A program made the translations under genes and the position numbers. A DNA stretch of 64,000 nt from Chiloscyllium plagiosum (taxonomy: Eukaryota), in assembly GCF_004010195.1 (NCBI RefSeq), contig NC_057718.1, positions 40,461,273-40,525,272 on the forward strand, written 5' to 3'. Shown one piece after another: positions 50,007 through 61,305 of the stretch. Numbering within the stretch: position 1 is the first letter of the stretch; the number at the start of each line of letters is the position of its first letter. Under the pieces are notes generated by a model that saw only the letters and a list, made by a program, of their open reading frames with translations, did no database searches and was not told where the DNA came from.

Positions 50007-51315
50007 GTTAGCTTATGTAATAGATTTGAAGGTGGGAAAGCTGATTCATTTTTGTGTCCTCAATAAAGTAAAACGTTTTTTTAAAATGACTCCTTATGCA
50101 GTGTCATATGCCCTTTCAATGCCTGCATATTTTGAAGAGCCTGTATTTTGATTCATTTTGTTTTCTAGGACATAAAAAGTCCAAAAATAATGGAATGCTT
50201 AAGCATTGGCCCTTCCCTCAAGGATCAAAAATACCAAAGTTCTCTTATGGAACATTTTATCAGCAAAATAAACTTATGTCCAATGAATATTTTATTGCCA
50301 TCTTTAAGTCCAGAAAATAAACTGTTTGGGAAATAAGTCATAGGGTCCCTAATGAATGTTTCTGAACTCTAATCAGAAAAGCCACCTTCACCTCCATGAT
50401 GAAAACATATCAAATAGAATTTCAGAAGCTTTGTTCATAGTATGATTCCTTACATCCAGGGACAATTTATGTCTTGTGGTCTGGATTATGCCAATGAGAG
50501 GGAGAATCTCACAATTAATATTTCTTAAGTTGTGTCCCCAACTTTTAGCCTAATCGAGTTCTATTGATGTTCCTAAGTTTCAAACATTTAACATGTCTTT
50601 GAAGGTACATAAATATGTTCACTTAATAGTAGCGTAATGATGATACTGTTTGAGAGTACTGAGCAAGGGAATTGAGAAGGACCTTCAGCAACACGTAGCG
50701 ACAGTGAGGGAGGGCAACTGCAGCCGTCAAACAGACTCTCTCGGTTGGGAGAGAAAGCATTCTTTGGTGGAAGGTGTCCTGCTGAAGTGGGAGGAGATAG
50801 TCAAATGAAATCCTCAACCCAGTGTAACCCAGGGGCTTCATTTCATGGACACACACTTCATTTCCATATTTTTCCTTAGTTTACCTTCCTGGCTGAAATG
50901 ACCTGATGCCAATGGAATAAAGAATTCCTGCCTCATGGTCTATGGCCCATCCATGTACTTAAGTCTCATGTTGTCTTTCTGGCATTGTTGACATGATTCC
51001 GCAGCACTGGGAATAGGTCATGGCAGATGAGGTTAAAAGGTATCTGGTTGAGGCTGACCAGATGCTGGAGGATACTGAAACTGGCAATGGTCACATGGGA
51101 GGCTGAAGTAGCTCCAGCATCGTCAGAAGCTCAGGTATTGACATTGGTCCTTTAGGCCAAACCCAGGTTCCACATGTGTGTTCCCTTGACGATATGAAGA
51201 AAGGACTTGTTACTCCAGGTCAGATATTTTAATTTCTGATGAGCAGGAAGCTGGACAGAGTTGAGGAAAAGGCCAGAAACATCTGATGATTCCATGTCAT
51301 TTAATTAAAAAAAAA

Positions 51316-51661
51316 TTCATGGAATGAGGGCATCTCTGGATAACCAGCATTTATTGCCCATCCCTAATTACCCAGAGGACAGTTAAAAGTCAATCACATT
51401 GCTGTGGGTCTGGAGTTGCATATAGGCCAACTCAGGTAAGGATGGCAGCTTCCTTCCCTAAAGGACATCAGTGAACCAGATGAGGTTTTCCTGACAATCA
51501 ACAATGGATTCATGGTCATCATTTAGTTCTTAATTTCAAACATTTATTGAATTCAAATTTACCATCTGCCATGGTGGGATTCAAACCCAGGTCCCCAGAA
51601 CATTTCCTGGGTCTCTGGATTAACAGTCCGCCGATAATACCACTAGGCCATTGCTTGCCCC
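51316..51661 (-). mobile_element. Deu-domain SINE (SacSINE1-like)
   Basis: tRNA-like head on the minus strand; core ccttccctaaaggacatcagtgaaccagatg; homologous to 8556-9056. Confidence 0.75.
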
Positions 51662-52127
51662 AAACAACTGGATTGAGGAGCATAAGAACATAAGAACTAG
51701 GAGCAGGAGTAGGCCATCTGCCCCTTTGAGCCTGCTCCACCATTCAATAAGATTATGGCTGATCTTTTCATGGCCTCAGCTCCACCTACGTACCCTCTCA
51801 CCTTAACTCTTAATTCCTTCATTGTTCAAATAAAAGTCTGTTAGCTTTAAAAACATTTACTGAAGTAGCATCAACTACTTCACTGGGGAGGGAATTCCAT
51901 AGATTCACAACACTCTGGGTGACGAAGTTCCTTCTCAATTCAGTCCTAAATCTGCTCCCTCTAATTTTAAGGCTATGCACTCTTGTCCTATCTTATCTCT
52001 ATTCCCTTCATAATTTTATATGTTTCTGTAAGATATCCCCTCATTCTCTTAAATTCCAAAACATGTAATCCCAGTCTACTCAGTTTCTCCTCATAAACTA
52101 ACCCCCTCAACTCCAGAATCAACCAAG

Positions 52128-53203
52128 GTAAAAACAATGACTGCAGATGCTGGAAACCAGATTCTGGATCAATGATGCTGGAAGAGCACAGCAGTTCAGG
52201 CAGCATCGAGGAGCTTCAGCAAAATCCCTTCATCAGGAATAAAGGCAGAGAGCCTGAAGCATGGAGAGATAAGCTAGGGGAGGGTGGGGCTGGGGAGAGA
52301 GTAGCATAGAATACAATAGGTGAGTGGGGGAGGAGATGAAGGTGATAGGTCAGGGAGGAGAGGGTGGAGTGGATAGGCGGAAAAGGAGCTAGGCAGGTCG
52401 GACAAGTCCGGATAAGTCAAGGGGACTGGAAGTTTGAAACTAGGATGAGGTGGGGGAAGGGGAAATGAGGAAGCTGTTGAAGTCCACATTGATGCCCTGG
52501 GGTTGAAGTGTTCCGAGGCGGAAGATGAGGCGTTCTTCCTCCAGGCGTCTGGTGGTGAGGGAGCGGCGGTGAAGGAGGCCCAGGACCTCCATGTCCTCGG
52601 CAGAGTGGGAGGGGGAGTTGAAATGTTGNNNNNNNNNNNNNNNNNNNNNNNNNNNNNNNNNNNNNNNNNNNNNNNNNNNNNNNNNNNNNNNNNNNNNNNN
52701 NNNNNNNNNNNNNNNNNNNNNNNNNNNNNNNNNNNNNNNNNNNNNNNNNNNNNNNNNNNNNNNNNNNNNNNNNNNNNNNNNNNNNNNNNNNNNNNNNNNN
52801 NNNNNNNNNNNNNNNNNNNNNNNNNNNNNNNNNNNNNNNNNNNNNNNNNNNNNNNNNNNNNNNNNNNNNNNNNNNNNNNNNNNNNNGTTACGGTTGGAGG
52901 GATGGGGTCTGAGGGCGGAGGTGCGGGATGTGGACGAGATGCGTTGGAGGGCATCTTTAACCACGTGGGAAGGGAAATTGCGGTCTCTAAAGAAGGAGGC
53001 CATCTGGTGTGTTCTGTGGTGGAACTGGTCCTCCTGGGAGCAGATACGGTGGAGGCGGAGTTATTGGGAATACGGGATGGCATTTTTGCAAGAGATAGGG
53101 TGGGAAGAGGTGTAATCCAGGTAGCTGTGGGAGTCGGTGGGTTTGTAAAAGCTCCTCGATGCTGCCTGAACTGCTGTGCTCTTCCAGCACCATTGATCCA
53201 GAA
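52128..53203 (-). mobile_element. Young 5'-truncated PLE with short inverted 5' arm; ribozyme partly deleted
   Basis: MASFFRDRNFPSH...ERLIFRLGTLQPQGINVDF; inverted arm ~53149-53203; perfect TSD tccagaatcaaccaag at 52112-52127 and 53204-53219. Confidence 0.9.
52629..52886. other. Assembly gap (258 N)
   Basis: N run inside the PLE. Confidence 1.
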
Positions 53204-54389
53204 TCCAGAATCAACCAAGTCAACCTCCTCTGCTACCCTTCCAGTGCCAGTACATTCTTTCTCAAGTAAGGAGACCAAAACTGCATGCAGTACTCAGATG
53301 TGGCCTAGCCAGCACCCTATACAGCTGCAACATAACCTCCCTGCTTTTAAAATTCCATTTGCCTTCTTAATTATTTGTTGCACTTGCAGACCAACCTTCT
53401 CTGATTTGTACACAAGGACACCCAGATCCTTGTGTATGAATCACAGAAAGTTGGTATGCATGAATCACAGTTGCGTGCTGCAACTTTTTACCATTCAAGT
53501 ATTACACAGAGAGTGATAAGTATCTGGAATGCGTTGCCAGCAGAGGTGGTAGAGGCAGGCATGGTAGATTAACTTAAGATACGTCTGGACAAATGCATGA
53601 GTAGGTGGGGAGTAGAGGGATCCAGATGCTTAGGAATTGGACGATGGGTTTAGACAGTGGATTTGGATCGGCTCAGGCTTGGAGGGCCGAAGGGCCTGTT
53701 CCTGGGGTGTAAATTTTTTTTGTCCTTTGTTATTAGTCCTTTTTACTGTTACTCCTACCAAAATGGATGATCACATTTATTAACATTGTATTCCATCTGC
53801 CAGACCTTTGCTCACTCACTTAAAGTATCTATGTTCCTCTGCAAAATTTCACAGTCCTCTGCACACTTTGCTCTGCCACTTATCTTAGTGTCATCGGCAA
53901 ACTTTGATACACTACAGGTGGTCTCCAACTCCAAGTCATCTATGTAAATTGTGAATAACTGCGGTCCCCGAGGCACACCACTAATTACCGATTGCCAACC
54001 AGAATAGCACTCATCTATCCCCACTCTTTGCTTCCTGTTGGTCAACCAATGCTCTATCCATGCTAATAATTTACTTGTAATGCCATGCATCTTTCTCTTA
54101 TGTAGCAGCCTCTTTTGTGGCAGCTTGTCGAAGGCCTTTTGGAAGTCTAAGTACCACATCTACTGGATCCCTATTGTCCACCGTGCTCGTAATGTTTTCA
54201 TAGAAGGCACACAAATGGTTCTGGCATTCAGGGCCCACAAAAAGAGTGAGCAGGCGGCATTCGTGATTGAACCTTTGTGCAGTAAAGTCTGTTGAGAAAT
54301 ACTGGGAAGATCTACAAGCTTTCAAAGAAGCCTGTCGTGGATCTTTGAAGTATTGACAAGGATTTTTGCAGACAGCAGTAGCCTGACAT

Positions 54390-55126
54390 TATCATGGACC
54401 ATACCAAACTCCTTCAAGTGTATCAAGGAGATAGCCTACACCCTAACTTTTATCTTATTTATAGGCAAGTGTAAGGTGCTGTGTTTCAGATGTAATTTGA
54501 TTTGTCCCACTTGGCTTTAAGCAAAACACACTTTATTCTGACACTACAATTAAAACACAAACAAAAGAAAGAAGAATTGGTATAACTTTAACTCTTTTGA
54601 AAAAACTTAATCTATTATTCTCTTATCTAAATACTATGCAGCAACTGTTCCAGTAAGTAACATCCCATAAACACACCGTTGGCCAAGGCAAATTCAGTAA
54701 AAGAGATTGTCTCACATGTGGTGTTTCTTCTGTCCTGGAGTAAAGAACACCAAGAGAAAATTCTCCAGAGACGAAGAGCTCCAGCTTTTTGCTGTGGCAG
54801 AGAGAGATCTATAATAGTTTCCACAGCCAACTTTAAAACCTCAATGCCTGCAAGCTAATCTAAAGCCCTGGTTCTGTGGGAGCCTGACTCCAGCTTGTGG
54901 GAGCCTGACTCCACCTTGTGGGATCCTGACTCCACCTTGTGGGAGCTTGACTCCACCTTGTGGGAGCCTGACTCATGCTGCTTCTATTGGTTTAATTTTA
55001 AAAAACTCCAGCACCTCACAAGCTGTTTACTTTATTGGCTTGGAAGGGTCAACTTGGCACAATCTCAATCTCTCTTCATTTAAAAAAAGGACAGGATGCA
55101 CCTCTTAAAGCTGTAGTGTTGTTACA
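54390..55126 (-). mobile_element. Solo LTR, same family as 4983-5609
   Basis: Shared blocks (ggcaaa.tcagtaaaa, cctggttctgtggga, cacaagctgtttactttattggctt, cctcttaaagc); ends gttaca; flanks acat/atac. Confidence 0.75.
54876..54974. repeat. 21-bp minisatellite (~5 units) inside the LTR
   Basis: (tgtgggagcctgactccacct)n. Confidence 0.95.
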
Positions 55127-56600
55127 ATACAAATGAGACAAAGGGGTAGGCTCTGGTTTCTGTGCCCATGGAACTGGTGAAGATGTTCAGTTGATTCATC
55201 CTTCTAGATCCTTCCTTCTAATCGACCAGGAGGAGGATAGTGAAGACTGTCCAAGCAGTGAAGAATGGGAACATCCAGATAGATTAGAGGAGGTTTAATA
55301 GTTGATGGAGATAGGGATGTAGATCTCAAGCTGAAGAGGTAGGGTGCAATAAGTTGCGAACTCTGATTCATTCCATACCACCTTATCTCCATTGTGGTTA
55401 GTTCTGGACCAAGGGACGATCCAATGAAATGTTGGGAATACAAGAGGGTTGGACACTTCAATGAAATGCTCCTAACAACTATGGTTACCAATCAGTTCAA
55501 TGGCCTTCCCTTCTCACCAGATATTCAACTATCTGGGTGACCCACCAAGAACCAGACAAGGAGCTGGGTTCCATTAGGAAGAGCCATCATCTTACGTTGG
55601 GTGGTGATAGGAACTTGTCCTGAAGTGAGTGTGAAATTTGGCAAAGTAGTAGCATTGTATCTGATTCAGATAGGAGCAGGATGTTAACCATTGTTCAGCA
55701 GCAGTTCCATGGGTATCTGGCTCAGGAAAGCAGGCTGATTAACATTGCTTCCCTCATCCAGGTCTCTGCTTCACAAGGCATTCCCTACCATGGCTGCATT
55801 GTGCTCTCCCTCTCTGTACTTAGATGCACCTTTCATAGTCTGGGGCTTTGGGTAGGCCATGACCCAATCGATACTGCAGAAGTAAGGAACAGAGAATCAA
55901 GCGGCTTTTTGATTTGCCTGCACTTTCACTGTTGTTAAGTCATTTCCAACTGGTCAATGTTAGGCCTTGCTAGAGTGTCAATATATCACATTTATCTCTC
56001 ATTTGGCTTCATTTTGGAAGCCAGCTTCGTCTCTGTGGAAGAAAAGGTTTGAGTGTCCATGGAAATTGTCAATTTCAGTGCCAAACACATTTTACCTTCA
56101 AACAGGAATGTCCATAGATATCCTAAAACCTGTCCATGTCATAGACAGTGGGCCAATTGGAGGAGATATATCTATCCTAATTTGAAAGATGGACATTGGC
56201 GAGTTATACAACACCCAGAGGAGGGACCTTGTTTCTTCTCTTATCAAGTACAGAACAACATTCAGTGAAGGTGATGATAACATTGATCTGCTACGTCACA
56301 CGCTTAACTAAAGATGACCATCCAATAAAGATTCCTTTGTGCTGAATCCTCGCCCATGTGTTATCAACTATCCTTGGATTACCTACATGACAGTCTCTCT
56401 TTCAAGTTGGAAATCAGCATCAGTTACCTTAGCCCAGGAATGTGCTGTCACAGGTTTGAGAGCAAAAATGGTATAGCTATCACCTGTGCCAGTCAGACAC
56501 TCAAACCGAATGAGAAAAATATGAAGAATTATTCCAGAATGAAATACAAACTGCTATCTTTGAGATGAGCTATTTCCCAGAAGTTGTGATATTCTGATTG

Positions 56601-57716
56601 GTCGGCAGAAGTAGGTCCTGAAGATGCTGGAGATTAGAGTCAAGATTAGAGTGGTACTGGAAAACCATAGCAGGTCAGGCAGTATCTGAGGAGCAGGAAA
56701 ATCAACGTTTCGGGCAAAAGCCCTTCATCAGAAATGAGGCTGACAGACTCGGGGGTGGAGAGAGGGGAAATGAGGAAACTGGTGAAGTCCACACTGATGC
56801 CATGGGGTTGAAGGGTCCCAAGGCGGAAGATGAGGCGTTCTTCCTCCAGGGGTCAGGTGGTGAGGATGTGGCTGTGGAGGAGGCCCAGGACCTGCATGTC
56901 CTTGGCAGAGTGGGAGGGGAAGTTGAAATGTTCAGCCACAGGGCGGTGAGGTTGAATGGTGTGGGTATCCCGGAGATGTCCTCAGAAGTGCAGGGGTGGG
57001 GAGGGAAATATATCTCTGGTGGTAGGGTCCGTTTGGAGGTGGCAGAAATGTTGGCAAATGATGCGATTAATCCAGAGATTGGTGGGGTGGAAGGTAAGGA
57101 CCAGAGGGGTTCTGTCCTTGTTGCGGTTGGAGGGGTGGGTTTTGAGGGCGGAGGTGGGGGAGGTGGATGAGATGTGTTGGAGGGCATCTTCAACCACGTG
57201 GGAGGGGAAATTGCGGTCTTTAAAGAAGGAGGCCATCTGGTGTGTTCTATGGTGGAACTGGTCCTCCTGGGAGCAAATACAGCGGAGGTGGAGGAATTGG
57301 GAATGTGGGATGGCATTTTTGCAGGAGATAGAGTGGGAAGATGTGTAATCCAGGTAGCTGTGGGAGTCGGTAGGTTTGTAAAAAATGTCAGTTTTGAGTC
57401 GGTCATTGTTGATGGAGATAGATAGGGCCAGGAAGGGGAGAGAAGTGTCAGAGATGGTCCAGGGGAATTTAAGGTCAGGGTGGAATGTGTTGGTGAAATT
57501 GATGAACTGTTCAATCTCGTCGTGGGAGCACGAGGTGGTGCCGATGCAGTCATCAATGTCGCGGAGGAAGAGGTGTGGAATGGTGCCAGTGTAACTTCGG
57601 AAGATAGACTGTTCCACGTAGCCGACAAAGAGACAGATATAGCTGGGGCCCATGTGGGTGCCCATGGCTACCCCTTTCGTCTGGAGGAAGTGGGAGGATT
57701 CGAAGGAGAAAGAGGT
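56601..57716 (-). mobile_element. 5'-truncated Neptune-type PLE with ribozyme terminal repeat
   Basis: ORF 56982-57755 (QTKGVAMGTHMGPSY, DIDD, KPTDSHSYLDY); hammerhead 56704-56731; TSD tattctga(t/c)tg at 56590-56600 and 57717-57727. Confidence 0.9.
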
Positions 57717-58132
57717 TATTCTGACTGATGCAGAGTTTGAAGTGTTTACAGACAATAAACAACTCAGCTACCTTCAAATGTCCATCTCCAAAAAGTTGGA
57801 GTATCAGAGTCAATTGGCACTGAACCATATAGTTATGATTCCGGATCTCGGATAAGGCCAGGAAAAAGTAATGCAAATGCTAGCAAAGTTGGCTCATGAT
57901 GAAGTTCTGACAATGTTTCTCTCTACAGATGCTGCCAGACCTGCTACGCTTTTTTTCCCATTACTCTCTGTTTTTGTTTCACTTTCCAGCACTGTGGTTC
58001 TTTGGGGTTATTGTAACACAAAAGCTGATACTTGCAGTCAGAAGACTGACCATGGCGGGGAACCTAGCCCTGCTCAGTTGGAAGGGTCTGTGACTCTCGG
58101 CTCACTAGATTGATTTAAATTACGGAGGGTTT

Positions 58133-58860
58133 TTTTATGTAGAGAGGTTGAGTAGGCTGAGCTTGAACTCATTGGAGTTTACAATAATTAGGGGAGACCT
58201 TCTTGAAACATAGACTCTTAGGGGCCTTGACAGGGTAGTTGTGGACAGTTTCCCTTTGTGGAACAGTCTAGGAAAAGTGAGAGATGAAGAGGAATGCCTT
58301 CCCTTCAAAGCTATTAAATTGATGATCACCATAGTGGGCTGTCAAAGCTAGGTCATTAATTTTTTTTTTAGATCCCCTACAGTGTGGAAACAGGCCCTTC
58401 GGTCTAACAAGTCCACACCAACCCTCTGAAGAGTAACCCACCCATACCCATTTCCCTCTGACTAATGCACCTAACACTATGAGTTAATTTAGCGTGGCCA
58501 ATTCACCTAACCTGCATATCTTTGTACTGTGGGAGGAAACTGGAGCACCCGGAGGAAACCACACAGACATGGGTAGAATGTGCAAACTCCACACAGACAG
58601 TCACCCAAGGCTAGAATTGAATGTGGGTGCCTGGCGCTGTGAGGTAGTAGTGCTAGCCACTGAGCCACCATGCTGACCCTTTGCATTGTATGAATTGTTG
58701 TATTGTTAAATTGTATTGAGATAGATTTTTAATTAATAAGGGAATCAAATGTTATGGGGATAAGGCATGGATAGTGGAGTTGAGGATCTTTATTATTTCA
58801 TTGAATGATGGAGCAAACATGACGGGCCAAATGGCCTACTTCTGTTCCTATGTCTTATAG
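58133..58860 (+). mobile_element. CR1 3' end with a nested SINE
   Basis: RGDLLET segment and tail ttcctatgtcttat. Confidence 0.75.
58368..58680 (-). mobile_element. HE1-like V-SINE
   Basis: Head, V-domain and tail present. Confidence 0.88.
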
Positions 58861-59497
58861 GCTTGTGCCATGTCCAATCCCTGTCTGAAAACAAGGGCAG
58901 CAAGCCAATTCTGATTCCTTATGACTTTTGGATTTAGATCCAGCAAAGCATCACTGATGCACTAATGAGTGAGCTCCAAACGAGGTCCATACAGCTAGAG
59001 CCAGGGGAGTTTCACCTTTGTCACTGAGCTTGAGAAAGGACCTCAGACTGCTTCAGCTGATTGATGCAGACACCAGTAGACCATTATTGGATGGTCCAAT
59101 TTTCACAAATCATACGGCAGCTGATGAGAGAGTCTAAACTGACCCAGAAACAGTTGATGTTTCGGAAGAGGATCTGGGAGGAGGATGGAGTCCTCTACCA
59201 GTTGGTTCATGACAAGGAGCGAAAGATGAAGCAACTTATCCTTCCTGAGAACCTCAAGTGTTGGCAGCAGTTCATGATCAAGCAGGACACCAAGCGACAG
59301 AAAAGCCAACTGCCCAGACCAGAGAGCAGTGTTCCCGCTCCAGGGAGCCTGTTGATGTTGATGGCTACTGTTGCAATTACTTCTGCTGAAGCAGGAAAAT
59401 GTGTTCATCCCATGATCGTCAAGAGACCTCTAAAGATCCTTGTAATAAATTTGATGGCCCTTAAGCCCAGTAAGAATTAGAGTGAATCTCTATGGAT

Positions 59498-60139
59498 TGT
59501 CACCTTGTCGTGGTGGAGAAGCTTGTGTGGTCATAGAGTCATAGAGATGTCCAGCACGGTGAGATTTTGTAACAATGCCATCTGGAGCTATGCTCCTGGT
59601 AGGTTACCCACGGTGGTAAGGTCAAGGGTGAGATCCTTGACAAAAAACAATACAACCAAGTCCTCAACAATGGACCAGGCAGATGAAGTTTCTTTGAACT
59701 CAGTGGATGTGAAGGTGGATGAAGGCTGCGACAAATCCATCAGCTCCAATCTTAGTGCTTTCCGTGCCATTGGAATCAGTTGGTTGATTTGTGAAGTATT
59801 GTGTGCTTCTTGGAGTGCAACATCAAATACACGCACAGGCATCTTCGCTCCGTGGGACAATTCTTCAAGTCTTTTGGTGATCAGGGAGGGTGACAGGAGC
59901 AGGTAATGTGCTGTCTGGGAGCTCCTAGTCAAGAAACGGCACGTAAGTGCTGAATACATGATTCAGTCACTCAACCTTTGGATAAGAGCAGGAAAGTTGT
60001 TCGGTAGCCGTATTCACATTTGAGCAGCCCTATTTAGGATCCACTCTGCTCACCGTGAATTGGGAGGGGACTAGAAAAGGTGCCCTAAAAATAGTCTGCC
60101 TCAACCCGTTCTGTCTGTAAAGCCACGTCCAGAGGGATC
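59498..60139 (+). mobile_element. RTE-clade 5' UTR without the downstream ORF
   Basis: caccttgtcgtggtgg...agctatgc...ggtaggttaccca...ggtc...tgacaaa resembles the RTE/BovB 5' head. Confidence 0.6.
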
Positions 60140-60447
60140 TGGGCGGCACGGTGGCACAGTGGTTAGCACTGCTGCCTCACAGCACCAGAGACCTGGGTTC
60201 AATTCCTGCCTCAGGCAACTGTCTGCGTGGAGTTTGCACATTCTCCCCGTGTCTGCGTGGGTTTCATCCGGGTGCTCCGGTTTCGTCCCACAGTCCAAAA
60301 ATGTGCAGGTTAGGTGAATTGGCCATGCTAAATTGCCCGTAGTGTTAGATGTAGGGGAATGGGTCTGGGTGGGTTGCTCTTTGGAGGGTTGGTGTGGGTT
60401 TGTTGGGCCGAAGGGGTTGTTTCCACACTGTAAGTAATCTAATCTAA
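60140..60447 (+). mobile_element. HE1-like V-SINE, well preserved
   Basis: A box tggcacagtgg, B box ggttcaattcc, V-domain, tail taatctaatctaa. Confidence 0.9.
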
Positions 60448-60689
60448 CCATCATGTGGTTGATAAACATCAAGAAGTGAAACTATGAAATTTGGATCAAA
60501 GCCAAGATTGGACTCATAAGCCACTTGAGAGCCCATAAATAGATCAACTGAACAAAGACAAGTATTCTCGACCTCAAGGAATAGTCACAGCAATGATGAC
60601 AAGGAATGGGACTGAACATGTTCTTGTATTCACAGATGTCTTCAGTGAGTTTGCGCAGGCAAGTTCAGAACCCAGTATACAAAGTAATG

Positions 60690-61305
60690 CCTGAGGCAAT
60701 GGAAGAGCTTCTACTGAACTGCTTTGAGTCGGTGGACTGGGCCATATTCAGCAGCCAACCTAAATAAGTATGCCACTACCATCACATCAGTGAGGGAGAA
60801 GGTGTGGACGCAGGTGGCAGGGGAGGGTGCCAGGAAGGGAGGGTGGGTTGTTTGGGGGGGGGGGGTGCGTGGACCTGACCAGGTAGTCACGGACGGAACG
60901 GTCTTTGCGGAAGGTGGAAATGGGTGGGGAGGGAACTATATCCCTGGTGGTGGGGTCCATTTGGAGGTGATGGAAATGTCTTCGGATGATGTGGTTTATG
61001 CGTAGGTTGGTAGGGTGGAAGGTGAGCACCAAGGGGTTCTGTCCTTGTTACAGTTGGAGGGGTGGGGTTTGAGGGCAGAGGGACGGGATGTGGATGAAAT
61101 GCATTGGTGGGCATCTTTAACCACGTGGGAAGGGAAATTGCGTTCTCTAAAGAAGGAGGCCATCTGGTGTGTTCTGTGGTGGAACTGGCCCTCCTGGGAG
61201 CAGATATGGCAGAGGCGGAAAAATTGGGAATAAGGGATGGCATTTTTGCAGGAGGTAGGGTGGGAAGAAGTTAATCCCAATGTTCCCAACCAGAAACCAT
61301 GAATT
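60690..61305 (+). mobile_element. Rex1/Babar-like LINE fragment split by a PLE piece
   Basis: CFESVDWAIF..ANLNKYATT before and PNQKP after the insert. Confidence 0.6.
60790..61272 (-). mobile_element. Internal PLE fragment (thumb/linker) with no terminal repeat
   Basis: SSHPTSCKNAIPYSQF...MASFFRERNFPSH. Confidence 0.88.

Larger units (their letters stand above)
51681..54205 (-). mobile_element. CR1 LINE, interrupted by a PLE and by a plus-strand CR1 end (~53504-53732)
   Basis: YLDFQKAFDK, SGVPRG, SKFADDTKI; reversed tail cataagaacataagaa. Confidence 0.9.
54206..56050 (-). mobile_element. Gypsy gag/protease remnant, opposite in orientation to the adjacent pol
   Basis: Degenerate zinc knuckle IQCYYFAKFH near 55630-55670 and a protease-like segment on the minus strand. 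Confidence 0.4.
56050..59480 (+). mobile_element. Gypsy pol remnant (pre-RT, RNase H, integrase), with several nested insertions
   Basis: DDHPIKIP; CASQTLKPNEKNMKNYSRMKYKLLSL; FEVFTDNKQLSYLQ; EEDGVLYQ...QLILPE; KRPLKILVI. Confidence 0.75.

Noticed and set aside
52274..53516. Longest ORFs in the track (334 and 337 aa)
   Set aside because: They read through 258 N and are off-frame or antisense translations of a PLE.
56702..57755. 257-aa and 308-aa ORFs as host or domesticated genes
   Set aside because: A 5'-truncated PLE RT fragment with YIDD mutated to DIDD, plus its alternative frame.
60140..60215. Functional tRNA genes at SINE heads
   Set aside because: A and B boxes run into V-domain bodies and LINE-derived tails; these are SINEs.
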